Below, one piece after another: positions 30,602 through 40,003 of a stretch of DNA of 64,000 nt. Under the pieces are notes generated by a model, which was not told the origin of the DNA, did not search any database, and worked only from the letters and a program-made list of their open reading frames with translations. Every line of letters starts with the position of its first letter. Position 1 is the stretch's first letter. Position numbers and translations under genes: made by a program. This DNA comes from an uncultured Verrucomicrobiae bacterium (lineage in GTDB: Bacteria > Verrucomicrobiota > Verrucomicrobiia > Chthoniobacterales > Terrimicrobiaceae). The DNA lies in assembly GCA_963706955.1 (NCBI GenBank), contig CAVPOC010000003.1:640001-704000 (forward strand). The letters run 5' to 3'.

Positions 30602-31776
30602 CAGGATTTTGTCGGCGAGGATTCGGGTGCCTCACTGCCGGTCACCGGGAGAGAAGCCTCCCCAGGAGCGACCTCCGGCTGAACTACCTGACCGGGACGG
30701 AGAAGCTGCAGTCCCTCAGTAATTACGCGATCCTCCGCCTGCAAGCCTTCCAGGACTGCGAGCTTGCCGTCGTAGATCTGTCCGATCGAAACTTTGCGGT
30801 ATTCGACTTTATTGTCGCCGTTGACCACATAGGTAAATCGCTGTCCCTGATCAACACCAACCGCACGCTCCGGCACGAGGAGAGTTTGACGCGGTTGATC
30901 GAGCGTCAAGCGCACGCGCGCAAACATGCCAATGCGCAAGCGCCGATCATCATTGGGGACAACCGCCCGCATCTTCAGTGTCCCCGTTCCGGCGTTGACC
31001 TCGTTATCCGAGAAATCCACCGTTCCCTCCCGTGGAAAACCCTCCTCGTTCAGCAGTCCGACAAATGCCCGCGCGCGCGCGGTAAGGCCGGAGCTGGCTT
31101 CCTCGCTCACCGCCTTGTCCCACCGCAGAACTACTCGCTCCGGCGCATCGAAATAAACGTAGACCGGATCTTGACTGACAATCGTCGTCAGGGTGTCTCC
31201 GTTGGCGACGAGGTTTCCCTCTGTTACGCTGGTGCGGCTGATCTTTCCGGAAATGGGAGCGCGGATCTCGGTGTATTCCAGATCCAGTTTCGTTTTCGAC
31301 AATCGCGCCTGCGCTGACCGCGTCCCCGCTTCGGCCGCCAGTGCCGCGGTTCCCTGTTTCTCAGTTTCCTGGGCCGCGATCACCTTTTGGGTGCTTAATT
31401 GTGACGAACGTTGGTAGTCGGAATGTGCCTGAGCGAGTTCAGCCTGCGACTGCTGTAGGGTAGCCTCCGCTGAAGCAAACTCCGCCTGATATTCCCGCGG
31501 ATCGATCGTGTAAAGCAGATCGCCCTCCTTGACGTCCGCGCCTTCCTGAAAGTGCACCTTGTTCAAATAACCGGTCACCCGTGCCTTCACGACAAGATGA
31601 TCGATCGCGGCGACCCGCCCCGGCAGTTCCTCATACTCCAAGACGGCTCGCTGCTCGGGTTCTGTCACCGTCACCTTGGGCGGTTTCGGTGAGGCCTGCT
31701 CGGCTGGTCGACCGCATCCCCCCAAAGCCAGCGCCAGCGCCGCGGCAAGAACGACTCTTGATCCCCACGCGTTCAT
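30601..31776 (-). CDS. RND periplasmic adaptor lipoprotein (MexE-like)
   Basis: Lipobox-like LGGC, ARVTGYL…F.EG, IRAPISG and VPERAV. TGATG overlap with the permease. Confidence 0.92.
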   Translation of the reverse strand: MNAWGSRVVLAAALALALGGCGRPAEQASPKPPKVTVTEPEQRAVLEYEELPGRVAAIDHLVVKARVTGYLNKVHFQEGADVKEGDLLYTIDPREYQAEFASAEATLQQSQAELAQAHSDYQRSSQLSTQKVIAAQETEKQGTAALAAEAGTRSAQARLSKTKLDLEYTEIRAPISGKISRTSVTEGNLVANGDTLTTIVSQDPVYVYFDAPERVVLRWDKAVSEEASSGLTARARAFVGLLNEEGFPREGTVDFSDNEVNAGTGTLKMRAVVPNDDRRLRIGMFARVRLTLDQPRQTLLVPERAVGVDQGQRFTYVVNGDNKVEYRKVSIGQIYDGKLAVLEGLQAEDRVITEGLQLLRPGQVVQPEVAPGEASLPVTGSEAPESSPTKS

Positions 31777-31788
31777 CGCTTAAAGAAT

Positions 31789-31804
31789 GTAAGTAACCAC
31801 TTAC
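31789..31804. promoter_or_regulatory. Candidate TetR operator
   Basis: Perfect inverted repeat GTAAGT-AACC-ACTTAC in the 50-bp divergent spacer. Confidence 0.65.
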
Positions 31805-31826
31805 CAGAGTAACGCGGGCAGACGAA

Positions 31827-32471
31827 ATGGCAACGGCCAATCGGAGAGGATCGATTTCGAGCCGGGAGCGAATCCTGGCGGCAGCCCGGGAGCTTTTTGC
31901 GGCCCGTGGGTTCAAGGGAACGACGACGGCCTCAATCGCGCGTCGGGCGCGATTGAATGAGGCGTTAATCTTTCGCCACTTTCCGGCGAAGAAGGATCTG
32001 ATCACGGCGATTCTCCGGGACAAACTCGAGGATGAGCGGCTCGCTCGCATCATTGACGCAGCAGAGTGCCGGAATATCCCGGTTGAGGACGCGTTCCGCC
32101 TGGTTGCCCAACGTTTCGCGGAAGCCTTCGATCCCGTCTTTCTGCGTCTCTATTATCATAGCGCGCTGGAAGACCATGTCCTGGCGGAGGCGTTCTATGA
32201 ACAGTTTGTCAGCAGGTTTGTAGCCTTGGTCGAACAATTGATCGCGCGCGGCATCAAAGAACGCAAATTTCGCAAGGTTGATCGCAGCGTCGCGGCTCGA
32301 GCCTTCACCGGAATGCTGCGCAGTTACTTCCTTACGAATGAGCTGTTCCCGAGCCATGCCTTAAGCGGGGACCCCACCGACGTCTCACTTAGCTTTTGCG
32401 ATTTGTTTCTCAATGGGGTAAGCACACGAAATCCCAACCTAAATGGCACGGCCAAGCACTGGAAGGCTTGA
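31827..32471 (+). CDS. TetR/AcrR-family transcriptional regulator
   Basis: RERILAAARELFAARGFKGTTTASIARRA…LIFRHFPAKKDL. Divergent from the efflux operon. Confidence 0.93.
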   Translation: MATANRRGSISSRERILAAARELFAARGFKGTTTASIARRARLNEALIFRHFPAKKDLITAILRDKLEDERLARIIDAAECRNIPVEDAFRLVAQRFAEAFDPVFLRLYYHSALEDHVLAEAFYEQFVSRFVALVEQLIARGIKERKFRKVDRSVAARAFTGMLRSYFLTNELFPSHALSGDPTDVSLSFCDLFLNGVSTRNPNLNGTAKHWKA

Positions 32472-32692
32472 GGCTTGTTGCGCTCGTGTTGGCACGGTTG
32501 ACGAGCGGCGAAGCTTGCGGAACTAATGTATCCGAGCATCACCTCAGCTTACGGCAGGATGAGCTGGTATCTAGCCGACTGGAAGAGTCATTCGGACCCT
32601 TGTGTCAACGACCAGCAAAATCGTCAGGCGCTTGGCACAAGCTCCTTCAAACTCCTCGATTTCAGCGTTGCAGCGCGCGACTTAGCATGCCG

Positions 32693-33967
32693 TCAGCTAT
32701 TTCTCTCCGCATCGGCGGACCGACCCGATCGCACCATTAGCTGCATCGCTTTCTCCGCCAGCTTGTCGAAAGCAATCACGGCAGCTTCGATGTGTTCTTC
32801 TTTGGTGTCCTCAATCTTGTTGTGACTGATCCCGTAGAGGCTTTGCACAAACATCATTGCCGTGGGGATGCCGGCGCGCGCCACTTCGGCGGCATCATGC
32901 AGGGGACCCGACGGAAGGCGGTGAACGGCGCCGCAAGTTTCGCGGATCGCCTCATCGCAGAGAGCTAATAGTTCGCTGTCAAAGGGAATCGGTTCAATCC
33001 GCATAAGGCGCTCCCAGGAAACCGACACATCTCCCTCCTCAGCGAATCGGTCGCTCGAATGTCTGGCCTCCTCGAGCATCCTCGCAAGAGCGGCAGGATC
33101 GAGGTGACGCTGGTCGAGAGTGATTCGACATTCGGCGACGACACTGGTGACGATGCCAGGAAAAGTCGCACAGTTCCCGATGGTGCAAACGCCGCCATGA
33201 TGGTTGGCAATCCGGTAGATCTCAGGACTCATCTTCGCGGCCGCCAAAAAGGCGTCACGACGTCTGTTCATAGGGGTGCTGCCGGAATGCGCGGCCTGAC
33301 CCCGAAATGTGATCGCGTGCCGCTCGACGCCAAAGGTCCCGAGCACGGCTCCGAGCGGCAAATCCAAATCGAGCAATACCGGTCCCTGTTCGATGTGCAG
33401 CTCGATATAGGCGCCCGCATTTTGCAGTTCCTTGCCGCTATCCTTCAAACGTTCAAGATCGATTCCGTGCTCGGCGAGGACATCGATCAAGGCAATTGCG
33501 TCCTTGTCGTGCAGTCGGCGGGCCTCCTCGAGATCGACGTAACCTGAGCAAGCTGAAGATCCGAAAAGGCTCATGCCGAACCGGGCACCCTCCTCATCAG
33601 CCCAGTCGACGAGACGGACCGACACCGGCGGTTGGCCGCCATAGTGGCGGTTGATCCGGCGCAAAACTTCCAGCCCTGCCAGCAGATTCAAGGAACCGTC
33701 CAGCCAACCGCCGTTCGGGACCGAATCGATGTGGCCACCAATGACGAGTGCCTGCTCGGATCCTCCCGCCAGCGTTGCCCAGACATTCCCCGCTTGGTCT
33801 CGATGGATCTCCACCGGGAGTTCTTCGAGCTTCTCTCGAAACCAAGCTCGCGCTTTGGTCCAGGTCGCTGTAAAGGCGACCCGCTGGGCTCCATTTTCAT
33901 CCGACGTAAGCGTCCTGAGTTCTTTAAGTTCGCTTAGCGTCCTCTGAGGATCGAGTTCAGCCTTCAC
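32693..33967 (-). CDS. Zn-dependent amidohydrolase (allantoate amidohydrolase / N-carbamoylase, M20 family)
   Basis: GGHIDSVPNGGWLDG, DEEGARF, ELHIEQGP, AHSGSTPM, SGPLHDA and GISHN. Confidence 0.88.
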   Translation of the reverse strand: MKAELDPQRTLSELKELRTLTSDENGAQRVAFTATWTKARAWFREKLEELPVEIHRDQAGNVWATLAGGSEQALVIGGHIDSVPNGGWLDGSLNLLAGLEVLRRINRHYGGQPPVSVRLVDWADEEGARFGMSLFGSSACSGYVDLEEARRLHDKDAIALIDVLAEHGIDLERLKDSGKELQNAGAYIELHIEQGPVLLDLDLPLGAVLGTFGVERHAITFRGQAAHSGSTPMNRRRDAFLAAAKMSPEIYRIANHHGGVCTIGNCATFPGIVTSVVAECRITLDQRHLDPAALARMLEEARHSSDRFAEEGDVSVSWERLMRIEPIPFDSELLALCDEAIRETCGAVHRLPSGPLHDAAEVARAGIPTAMMFVQSLYGISHNKIEDTKEEHIEAAVIAFDKLAEKAMQLMVRSGRSADAERNS

Positions 33968-34704
33968 TCCCTAGCTTTCTCCAGTTCAGCGCGCATAGTC
34001 TGGGACTCTGCATTGTTCTCGAACGCCCGCATGAAGGTGGGCACTCCCTCCTTCAAAAAGAAGACGATGATCGCATTTCGAATCAGACCTTCCTGGCGCA
34101 TGAGCAAAGGAATTCTTTCTCCGTCTATTAGTGCGGTGTATTGAGCTCTTGCGGGTTGACCCTCCAGCACAGCGCACTCGCCCGGTTTGATGGCGACTTC
34201 ATTCTTTGCATTCACAAACGCCAAGTGTTTGCCTGGCATTCCGTTGATAATCCGCAACCTCACCGGCGCCTTTGATGATGTATGCGGATAGACTTGGAAG
34301 AGCACGTTCGGCGGATAGCCGGCTTCCTCGCCAGTAAGTCCACTGCCCGGCTGTCTTAGCACTCCTGGCGGCGATGTGCGGGAAAAATCACCTACAATAA
34401 CCAACGACTGGTAGGCGCCAGGAGCGTAAGTAATCCTCTCAGACTTTGCTTTGGTTCCGGATAGCTGATCTTCTGCTTCATAAGTCGCCTCGAGCAGCGG
34501 AAGCGCAGCATCTCCAGATCTCTGGCCCTGAGAAAAGGTGTCGTAGGCTAAGGTCTCATTGATCCTAAGAGAGAGAACCGGTACACTTGTGGCATTGATG
34601 ATCTGCACGCTCGCCATCGCCGGCGCTTCTTCTGCCTGTGCGGCAAGCTGTGCCGGAAGCTCGCCAAGTGTAATCAGAAAGAGACCCGACGCGATCAAAC
34701 GCAT
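33964..34704 (-). CDS. Exported hypothetical protein with two repeated beta-rich modules (DUF4397-like)
   Basis: Signal-like N-terminus ending AQA. Internal repeat VQIINATS / LRIINGMP. Overlaps both neighbouring genes. Confidence 0.6.
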   Translation of the reverse strand: MRLIASGLFLITLGELPAQLAAQAEEAPAMASVQIINATSVPVLSLRINETLAYDTFSQGQRSGDAALPLLEATYEAEDQLSGTKAKSERITYAPGAYQSLVIVGDFSRTSPPGVLRQPGSGLTGEEAGYPPNVLFQVYPHTSSKAPVRLRIINGMPGKHLAFVNAKNEVAIKPGECAVLEGQPARAQYTALIDGERIPLLMRQEGLIRNAIIVFFLKEGVPTFMRAFENNAESQTMRAELEKARE

Positions 34705-37322
34705 TAGAAACTCCGCTGGAAGGTGATCACGGGCCGGACACCTCCGCCGGCTTCATTTTGAAGGAAGAGGATTGCCTCAATGGCGGCTCGTCCGCGCGGC
34801 TTCCCACCGGCATCGAACGATTCGCCCACTGCGATGATGCGGTAAGTGCGGGATTGAACAGTCAGATGCTGAACGAGCTTCCCAAACGCCTCCTCACGGA
34901 CGCGATCTGCAGCCGCAAGATTTGTGGTTCCGCCGCCCACCGAAACTCGAAAAGTCGGCGAATAGCTTTCTCCATCAGCAAAGCTTTGCATCGCCTTGTG
35001 CAGATCGGACAGGCTGCCGTAAGGTCGATGGCTCACCAGATCTGCCGCGACCGCAGCCGGATTGGCCAAGAGCGCCTCCGGGATTCCTCCGTCTGAAGTC
35101 ACCTTGATTCCCGACAAGATCGCCGCAAGCACCTCGGGAGCGGCGGTGTTCGGATTTATGCGCCCGAGAGCAGCCGGATATCCGCCACTGTTGGCGTTGG
35201 TTTGATTCACCGTAAAGAGGTCCAGTAGCTCGATGGCGCGGCGACCGTTAGTGTCCCAATTGTGTGTGGAAGAGCTCCTAAATTCCGGCTGGCCGATCCT
35301 TAGGGTTCTCCCGCCACCAGAGATCTTATCGTTCACGGGTAGCTCGCTGGATTTGGGAGCACTCAGATCATCGGCCGCTTGCGATGGATCAAAAATGTGC
35401 CCGAGCTCGCCGATCGATTGCATCGCTCGGTTGAGAAGGACCGCGGGTGCGGCTGGTCCATCGTTGACCGGATCATAGACGGTTGAAACTTGAGAGGGCG
35501 TCTGATCGATGCTCGCAGGCGCGGTTCCGACCGAGGGATTGTTCCTGACGAAATCGCGTTGAACCCAATGCGCGCTAAAGTCCTGATAACGCGGCGTAAC
35601 GTTCTCCTGCCGTCCCTTCCAGCGGGTCCTTGTGGCGTAGCCTGCGTTTCCGAGCGTCGGCCAATCATAGTTGCAGAGGTAAGTGGCGCGACTGTCACCA
35701 ACAAACCGCCAATTGACCGCCGAAGCTTGAGTGGGAATAAAAGAAGATTGCCAGCGGTTGTTGGTGTCCGAAAGGGACAATCCAAATCGAACCATGCCGC
35801 TGATCGCGACATCGGGTCCAACCGGGTCACGCCGGTTCATATCGGCGAGGTGGCCGCCCATGTAGAACTCGAATGGACAATGAGTCGTTTGGTCGCTGTT
35901 TCCGCTCGGACCATCATCCCAATGGGGAACGTCATTTACCGGACCGAGACTCGCCCAAGTCTGCCTCACCGTGGGAAACTCCAGGACGGCAAATTCGTTT
36001 GGTCCGATCATCAGGCTAGCCGTGATCGCCTGATCATAGTCATCGAAGGGTGTGACGATTGCGGTGCCAAAGCTAACTAGCATTCGGTTGCGGACGACGA
36101 ATCGAAGCTCCTGACTGTTTAGGACGATCGGAATAGTGTATGGATTCCACACCTGCGCAAAGCACTGGCTCTCGATCGTGGCGGTCGCAGTCGATGCGTT
36201 CGTATTAAGACTCATGAGTCGAAATCTTTCGGCGACGGCGGTAATCATCGGAAAAAGATCGCGTCCCGCCGGTTCGCCTCCGTTGACCAATGTCGAAATG
36301 GCGTCTGAATCGACATAGTCGACGATTCCGGCCGCAAGACGGCGCAAGTAGCGCATTTCGTCAGCCGCGTTGCCGCGCAAGCTCGGGTCGCGCGAGGAAA
36401 ACGAAGGAAGGTTCGAGGAGACGATCTGCGCGAGGCGATCGGCGCGGTCGCCCGAGCTCGCGGCCGCATCCGTCGCGAGGATGTTGATATTGTACTTGGG
36501 GCGTCCTCCGTCAGACAGACCTGCGGGAATGATGTCAAAAGTTGAATTTGTTTGCACCGTAAGCAAATGCTTGACGCGCTCATAATCGCTTCGGCTGGCG
36601 AATCCCTGGGCCAAGGATTCAGGAGTCAGAATGAGGTGGCTTAGGCCGAGCACGCGCGCCTGTTCGTCTGGCGTTAGAATCGCAGCTGACGCGTTCGTGA
36701 GAGAGATGTCGTTTGGACCCGAATACCAAGCGATTGGATCCGACATGCTTCCCATTCCTGTATGGAGCAACGGATTCACTCTGGCATCTTCATCGAGAAC
36801 GACAAACGCGTAGCGGCCAATCCGCTCGCCGGAGCTACTGGATATTTCCACCCAGGGAGCGCGATAGGAAATATTCGTGCTCTGAATAATTCCCGAGCGG
36901 CCGTTGACGTCCGTGCTATTTGTTCCCATCATATTGGCAAACAAGATAGGGAGCGAATTGGTCCATTCGCTTTGCAGAAAATTCTCCTGAAGGTTTGGAG
37001 CGATCGACACCAATGGCATTATCTGCCGCGGATCTGAAAGGTTGGTGCGGCCAATTACGACGACCGGCGCGTTACTCGGTGAGAAGTTGGTGCTGCCGGT
37101 GACAAAGCCATTGTTGGTTCCTGCCGCGGTCAGGAGTTGATTGATCGCCGACTGCAATCCCGCGCGGGCGGAAAGTTCTGCCTGAAGCACGTTTTTCGCG
37201 CTCTTTGCCGTTAGCCGATCGATCGAGGTACTCTGCATGAAAGCGACCACGAGCGTGCTGAGGACCACGATGCCGAGGAGAGTCGTGACCAACGAGGCGG
37301 CCTTGCTTCCTCTTCGCCTCAC
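34704..37322 (-). CDS. Large GspK/PilX-like protein (Verru_Chthon cassette protein A-like)
   Basis: GTG 37322 overlaps the upstream stop. Basic leader plus ASLVTTLLGIVVL TM, RYAF..LDE..RVNP, and C-terminal GRINPNTA and TVQSRTYRIIAVGE motifs of the GspK type. Confidence 0.7.
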   Translation of the reverse strand: MRRRGSKAASLVTTLLGIVVLSTLVVAFMQSTSIDRLTAKSAKNVLQAELSARAGLQSAINQLLTAAGTNNGFVTGSTNFSPSNAPVVVIGRTNLSDPRQIMPLVSIAPNLQENFLQSEWTNSLPILFANMMGTNSTDVNGRSGIIQSTNISYRAPWVEISSSSGERIGRYAFVVLDEDARVNPLLHTGMGSMSDPIAWYSGPNDISLTNASAAILTPDEQARVLGLSHLILTPESLAQGFASRSDYERVKHLLTVQTNSTFDIIPAGLSDGGRPKYNINILATDAAASSGDRADRLAQIVSSNLPSFSSRDPSLRGNAADEMRYLRRLAAGIVDYVDSDAISTLVNGGEPAGRDLFPMITAVAERFRLMSLNTNASTATATIESQCFAQVWNPYTIPIVLNSQELRFVVRNRMLVSFGTAIVTPFDDYDQAITASLMIGPNEFAVLEFPTVRQTWASLGPVNDVPHWDDGPSGNSDQTTHCPFEFYMGGHLADMNRRDPVGPDVAISGMVRFGLSLSDTNNRWQSSFIPTQASAVNWRFVGDSRATYLCNYDWPTLGNAGYATRTRWKGRQENVTPRYQDFSAHWVQRDFVRNNPSVGTAPASIDQTPSQVSTVYDPVNDGPAAPAVLLNRAMQSIGELGHIFDPSQAADDLSAPKSSELPVNDKISGGGRTLRIGQPEFRSSSTHNWDTNGRRAIELLDLFTVNQTNANSGGYPAALGRINPNTAAPEVLAAILSGIKVTSDGGIPEALLANPAAVAADLVSHRPYGSLSDLHKAMQSFADGESYSPTFRVSVGGGTTNLAAADRVREEAFGKLVQHLTVQSRTYRIIAVGESFDAGGKPRGRAAIEAILFLQNEAGGGVRPVITFQRSF

Positions 37323-38113
37323 CGCCTCGTTCCGACGTTGACTCGCGTGGTGAAGCTTTGCACCGCTTTCCTCATGAGAAGGGAATTCGTGTCTGTCCAC
37401 CGGTCGAGATCTGCCAGCTTTTGGGCGGCATCGTGCCCGATCGTGATGAGCGTAATCTCGATAATTTCGGGAAGCGGCGCCTCAGCCGTGGGCACAAAGG
37501 GGATCCAGTCTCCGCCGCTGGAGTTGACTGGCGTAATCTTCATCCCAACGACATTCCGCGCCAGCAATTCCTCGCTCGCGGCGCCGGTTGCGACGTTAGT
37601 GAACAATGAACCCGAGATCATATTGGAGAATGTCTGATTGCTGCTCCTGAAGTATCGGTAGAGATTCAGAGTGCGATTGGTGCTGACGGGAGTTCGGTCG
37701 AGCGCGAGAAAAAAACCAACTTCACACACGTCGCTTTTCGAGCCGCCTTCCTGTGCCGACGGCGGGAGAGAAGCAAGGAAAAAGACATTGCTGCCATAGT
37801 TAGTTCCCGCAGCGCCGGACTGCAGATTAAACCTCATGCAGTTCACATTAGTTCCCGTTACGGCATTGCGGAGATCGCGGGTCATGACCGTCAGCGCGCC
37901 GCGCGCCTCGCGACAGGCGTCGGTGCGGCCTTCGTTATCTCGCCAAAGGTCGACGGCACCCTCGACCAGAGACATCATCACCACGCCGAGCACGGCAAGC
38001 ACCATCATCGACACGAGCATTTCAATCAGCGTGAAAGCACGGGATCGCAGGCGGCCCCCTTGGCCCGATGATTCGCCGCGCCTCAAGGCGCATGAAGTTG
38101 CGGAGAGCTTCAT
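37319..38113 (-). CDS. Prepilin-type protein, GspJ/PilW-like (Verru_Chthon C-like)
   Basis: AFTLIEMLVSM prepilin motif, ARGAL..MTRDLRNA, and EELLARNV. Confidence 0.8.
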   Translation of the reverse strand: MKLSATSCALRRGESSGQGGRLRSRAFTLIEMLVSMMVLAVLGVVMMSLVEGAVDLWRDNEGRTDACREARGALTVMTRDLRNAVTGTNVNCMRFNLQSGAAGTNYGSNVFFLASLPPSAQEGGSKSDVCEVGFFLALDRTPVSTNRTLNLYRYFRSSNQTFSNMISGSLFTNVATGAASEELLARNVVGMKITPVNSSGGDWIPFVPTAEAPLPEIIEITLITIGHDAAQKLADLDRWTDTNSLLMRKAVQSFTTRVNVGTRR

Positions 38114-38620
38114 CTAGCGCTGGCTCATCAAAGAAACGAAGACAAACCTCGACCTTCTGGGTGACGGTGCGCTCGCCGGTGCTTCGACGGTAGCTTGCAC
38201 GCGCGAAATTCCAGGCCGTGGATAATTAGGGGTCAGACGAACTTCCGCGACGAAATAGGCATCCGCCGCAGTGATCGCATTCCCGAAGTCTTGCGAAGCA
38301 ACTTGATTTGTTACTCCTTCTCCCTGCTCGTCATAGAGCAGGACGCTGCTGGATGCCTTCGCAAGATCTAATCCGGAAATCCGCGCGTGAACATTTGTCA
38401 CCGAGGGCGCTCTGACCAAACTGATGTTCGTGGCCGCAAGCGATTGGATCTCGTCAACAATTCGCCTGGCAATCAAGGTCGCGCGCGTCTCAGCACTGCT
38501 CTCCCTTGCCGTCTGCAGAGCCACGGGAAAGAGGCCGATAATCGCAACGAGGGCAAAGGAAAGGATGGCTAATGAGAGCGCGGCCTCCACCAGCGAAAAG
38601 CCAGTCAGCCTCGACCTCAT
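38114..38620 (-). CDS. Prepilin-type protein, GspI/PilV-like (Verru_Chthon B-like)
   Basis: GFSLVEAALSLAILSFALVAIIGLFP. Confidence 0.8.
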   Translation of the reverse strand: MRSRLTGFSLVEAALSLAILSFALVAIIGLFPVALQTARESSAETRATLIARRIVDEIQSLAATNISLVRAPSVTNVHARISGLDLAKASSSVLLYDEQGEGVTNQVASQDFGNAITAADAYFVAEVRLTPNYPRPGISRVQATVEAPASAPSPRRSRFVFVSLMSQR

Positions 38621-39257
38621 TGAAGACCCGTCGTGGTAACATTGAATTGGACGCGCCCGCTATAGCGCGAAAGGCTTATCTTTTCGAAAAGCTTCCCGCC
38701 AGGTCGGGTCTGAATGTCCTGATCTCCGGACCAATAGCCCTCGTAAAGGAACAACTCGATCGGATTGGTGGCGCCACTCACTGCTCCAGAGCTGTTGAAC
38801 GACAAGCAGGGAAGGGTCTCATCGCTTTGAGCAGCCGAGAGCACCTCGTTCAAGCCGACGAACGTTTGGCCGCCGGATTCCGGAACCACACTGCCGGCCA
38901 CCCTCTTCAAAGCGACATTACCCGGCAGTTTCGTCCACTTTTTGAGAACCATATAGTCCTTGGCGCCGGCTGCGCGTTCCTCATCCGATGTGTCCCGAAA
39001 CACGAGGAAGGCCTTATATCTCATCTCTTCGGCGGGGAAATCTTTGTCCGCGAAACCCACGTGCACGGTCTGACCTGACTCGAGAGCGGCGATTCTGGCG
39101 TGTTCGAAAGCGTTCATCAATATGTTCACCGCTCCGCGACGACCGAGCGAGCTCGAGAAGCTGCCGATCGAAGAATACAGAAGTCCTGCCGTAAGGATGA
39201 TCAACGCCGACACCGTGAGCAGTTCGAGTAGGCTCGCGCCCCGGCAAGAAGCCTCAT
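38617..39257 (-). CDS. Prepilin-type protein, GspH/FimT-like (Verru_Chthon D-like); start uncertain
   Basis: GASLLELLTV, EHARIAAL…TVHVGF, KWTKLP and FNSSG. ATG 39257 is one base out of frame, which suggests another indel or an upstream start. Confidence 0.7.
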
Positions 39258-39650
39258 GTTGACGAAGAGGGCGACAAGGCCAATCTGAACGGCTTCGATG
39301 ATCGATGTCTCGTGCGACAAGGCGTAATTCTCTAGACCGTCCGCGCCGGAAACGAGTCGCCGCATGCCTTCGAAATCGGGACAAAAGGGATCCGTGTGAT
39401 GATGACTCGCCCTTCGACCCCAGGGCGTCTTCACTGATCGTGTGCCCGCCACATGTATCATATAATCTTCGGATCAATCTGAGGTCCCGTTAGATGTGAT
39501 TGGGACCGCTTGCACCGGCAACCAAGCTTGTCTTCCAAGGTGAAGGGGCCCCGTTAATCTTATTAGTAAGGCAACAGAAGCACCGAGTTTCAAAGTTTCC
39601 CCACCCGGAGGCGGCGTCTGCCAGCGCTCTTGCCGAGCAATCGTAAAGCT

Positions 39651-39862
39651 GGCGCCGTTGGCGCTAAACCGAGAGACTCACGCCTATCGACGAACCGCTC
39701 CGGCCACGCGGCGCTGAAAACCGACAAAATGCACTCTTGCCGAAGCAAACCTTCCTCCGGTCGTGCAGCCTTCCAGCGCCAAGGGCGCGACTCATATTAG
39801 CCTCGGGCACCGCCCGAGGAACCACATGCAAATACCATCTTCAGCGCTGAAAGCGCGATTCA
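39651..39862. repeat. Second REP-like element family (composite hairpins)
   Basis: AGCGCCAAGGGCGCG…CCTCGGGCACCGCCCGAGG…GCGCTGAAAGCGCG (39775-39862), with an inverted partial unit GGCGCCGTTGGCGCT at 39651-39665. Confidence 0.5.
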
Positions 39863-40003
39863 CGGTTCTCGGGGCCCGCCCGCACTGGGTATTTTGATTC
39901 GCGGCGGCGTCTACGCTGCAAACCGCTTACCCACGGAAAATGCCTCCACGCGTGCGGTCAACCCTGCACCCGCGCCAAACCCCAACCGCGACCACGGTGC
40001 GGT

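Noticed and set aside
32444..32460. TGGCAC…GC sigma-54-like motif at the end of tetR
   Set aside because: Spacing is GG-N9-GC, it lies inside a CDS, and no gene follows on that strand.
32472..32692. ORFs 32396..32740 and 32526..32825
   Set aside because: They overlap genuine genes and have no protein-like features.
39258..39477. Long N-terminal extension of the GspH-like ORF
   Set aside because: Prepilin leaders are short and the extension looks non-coding.
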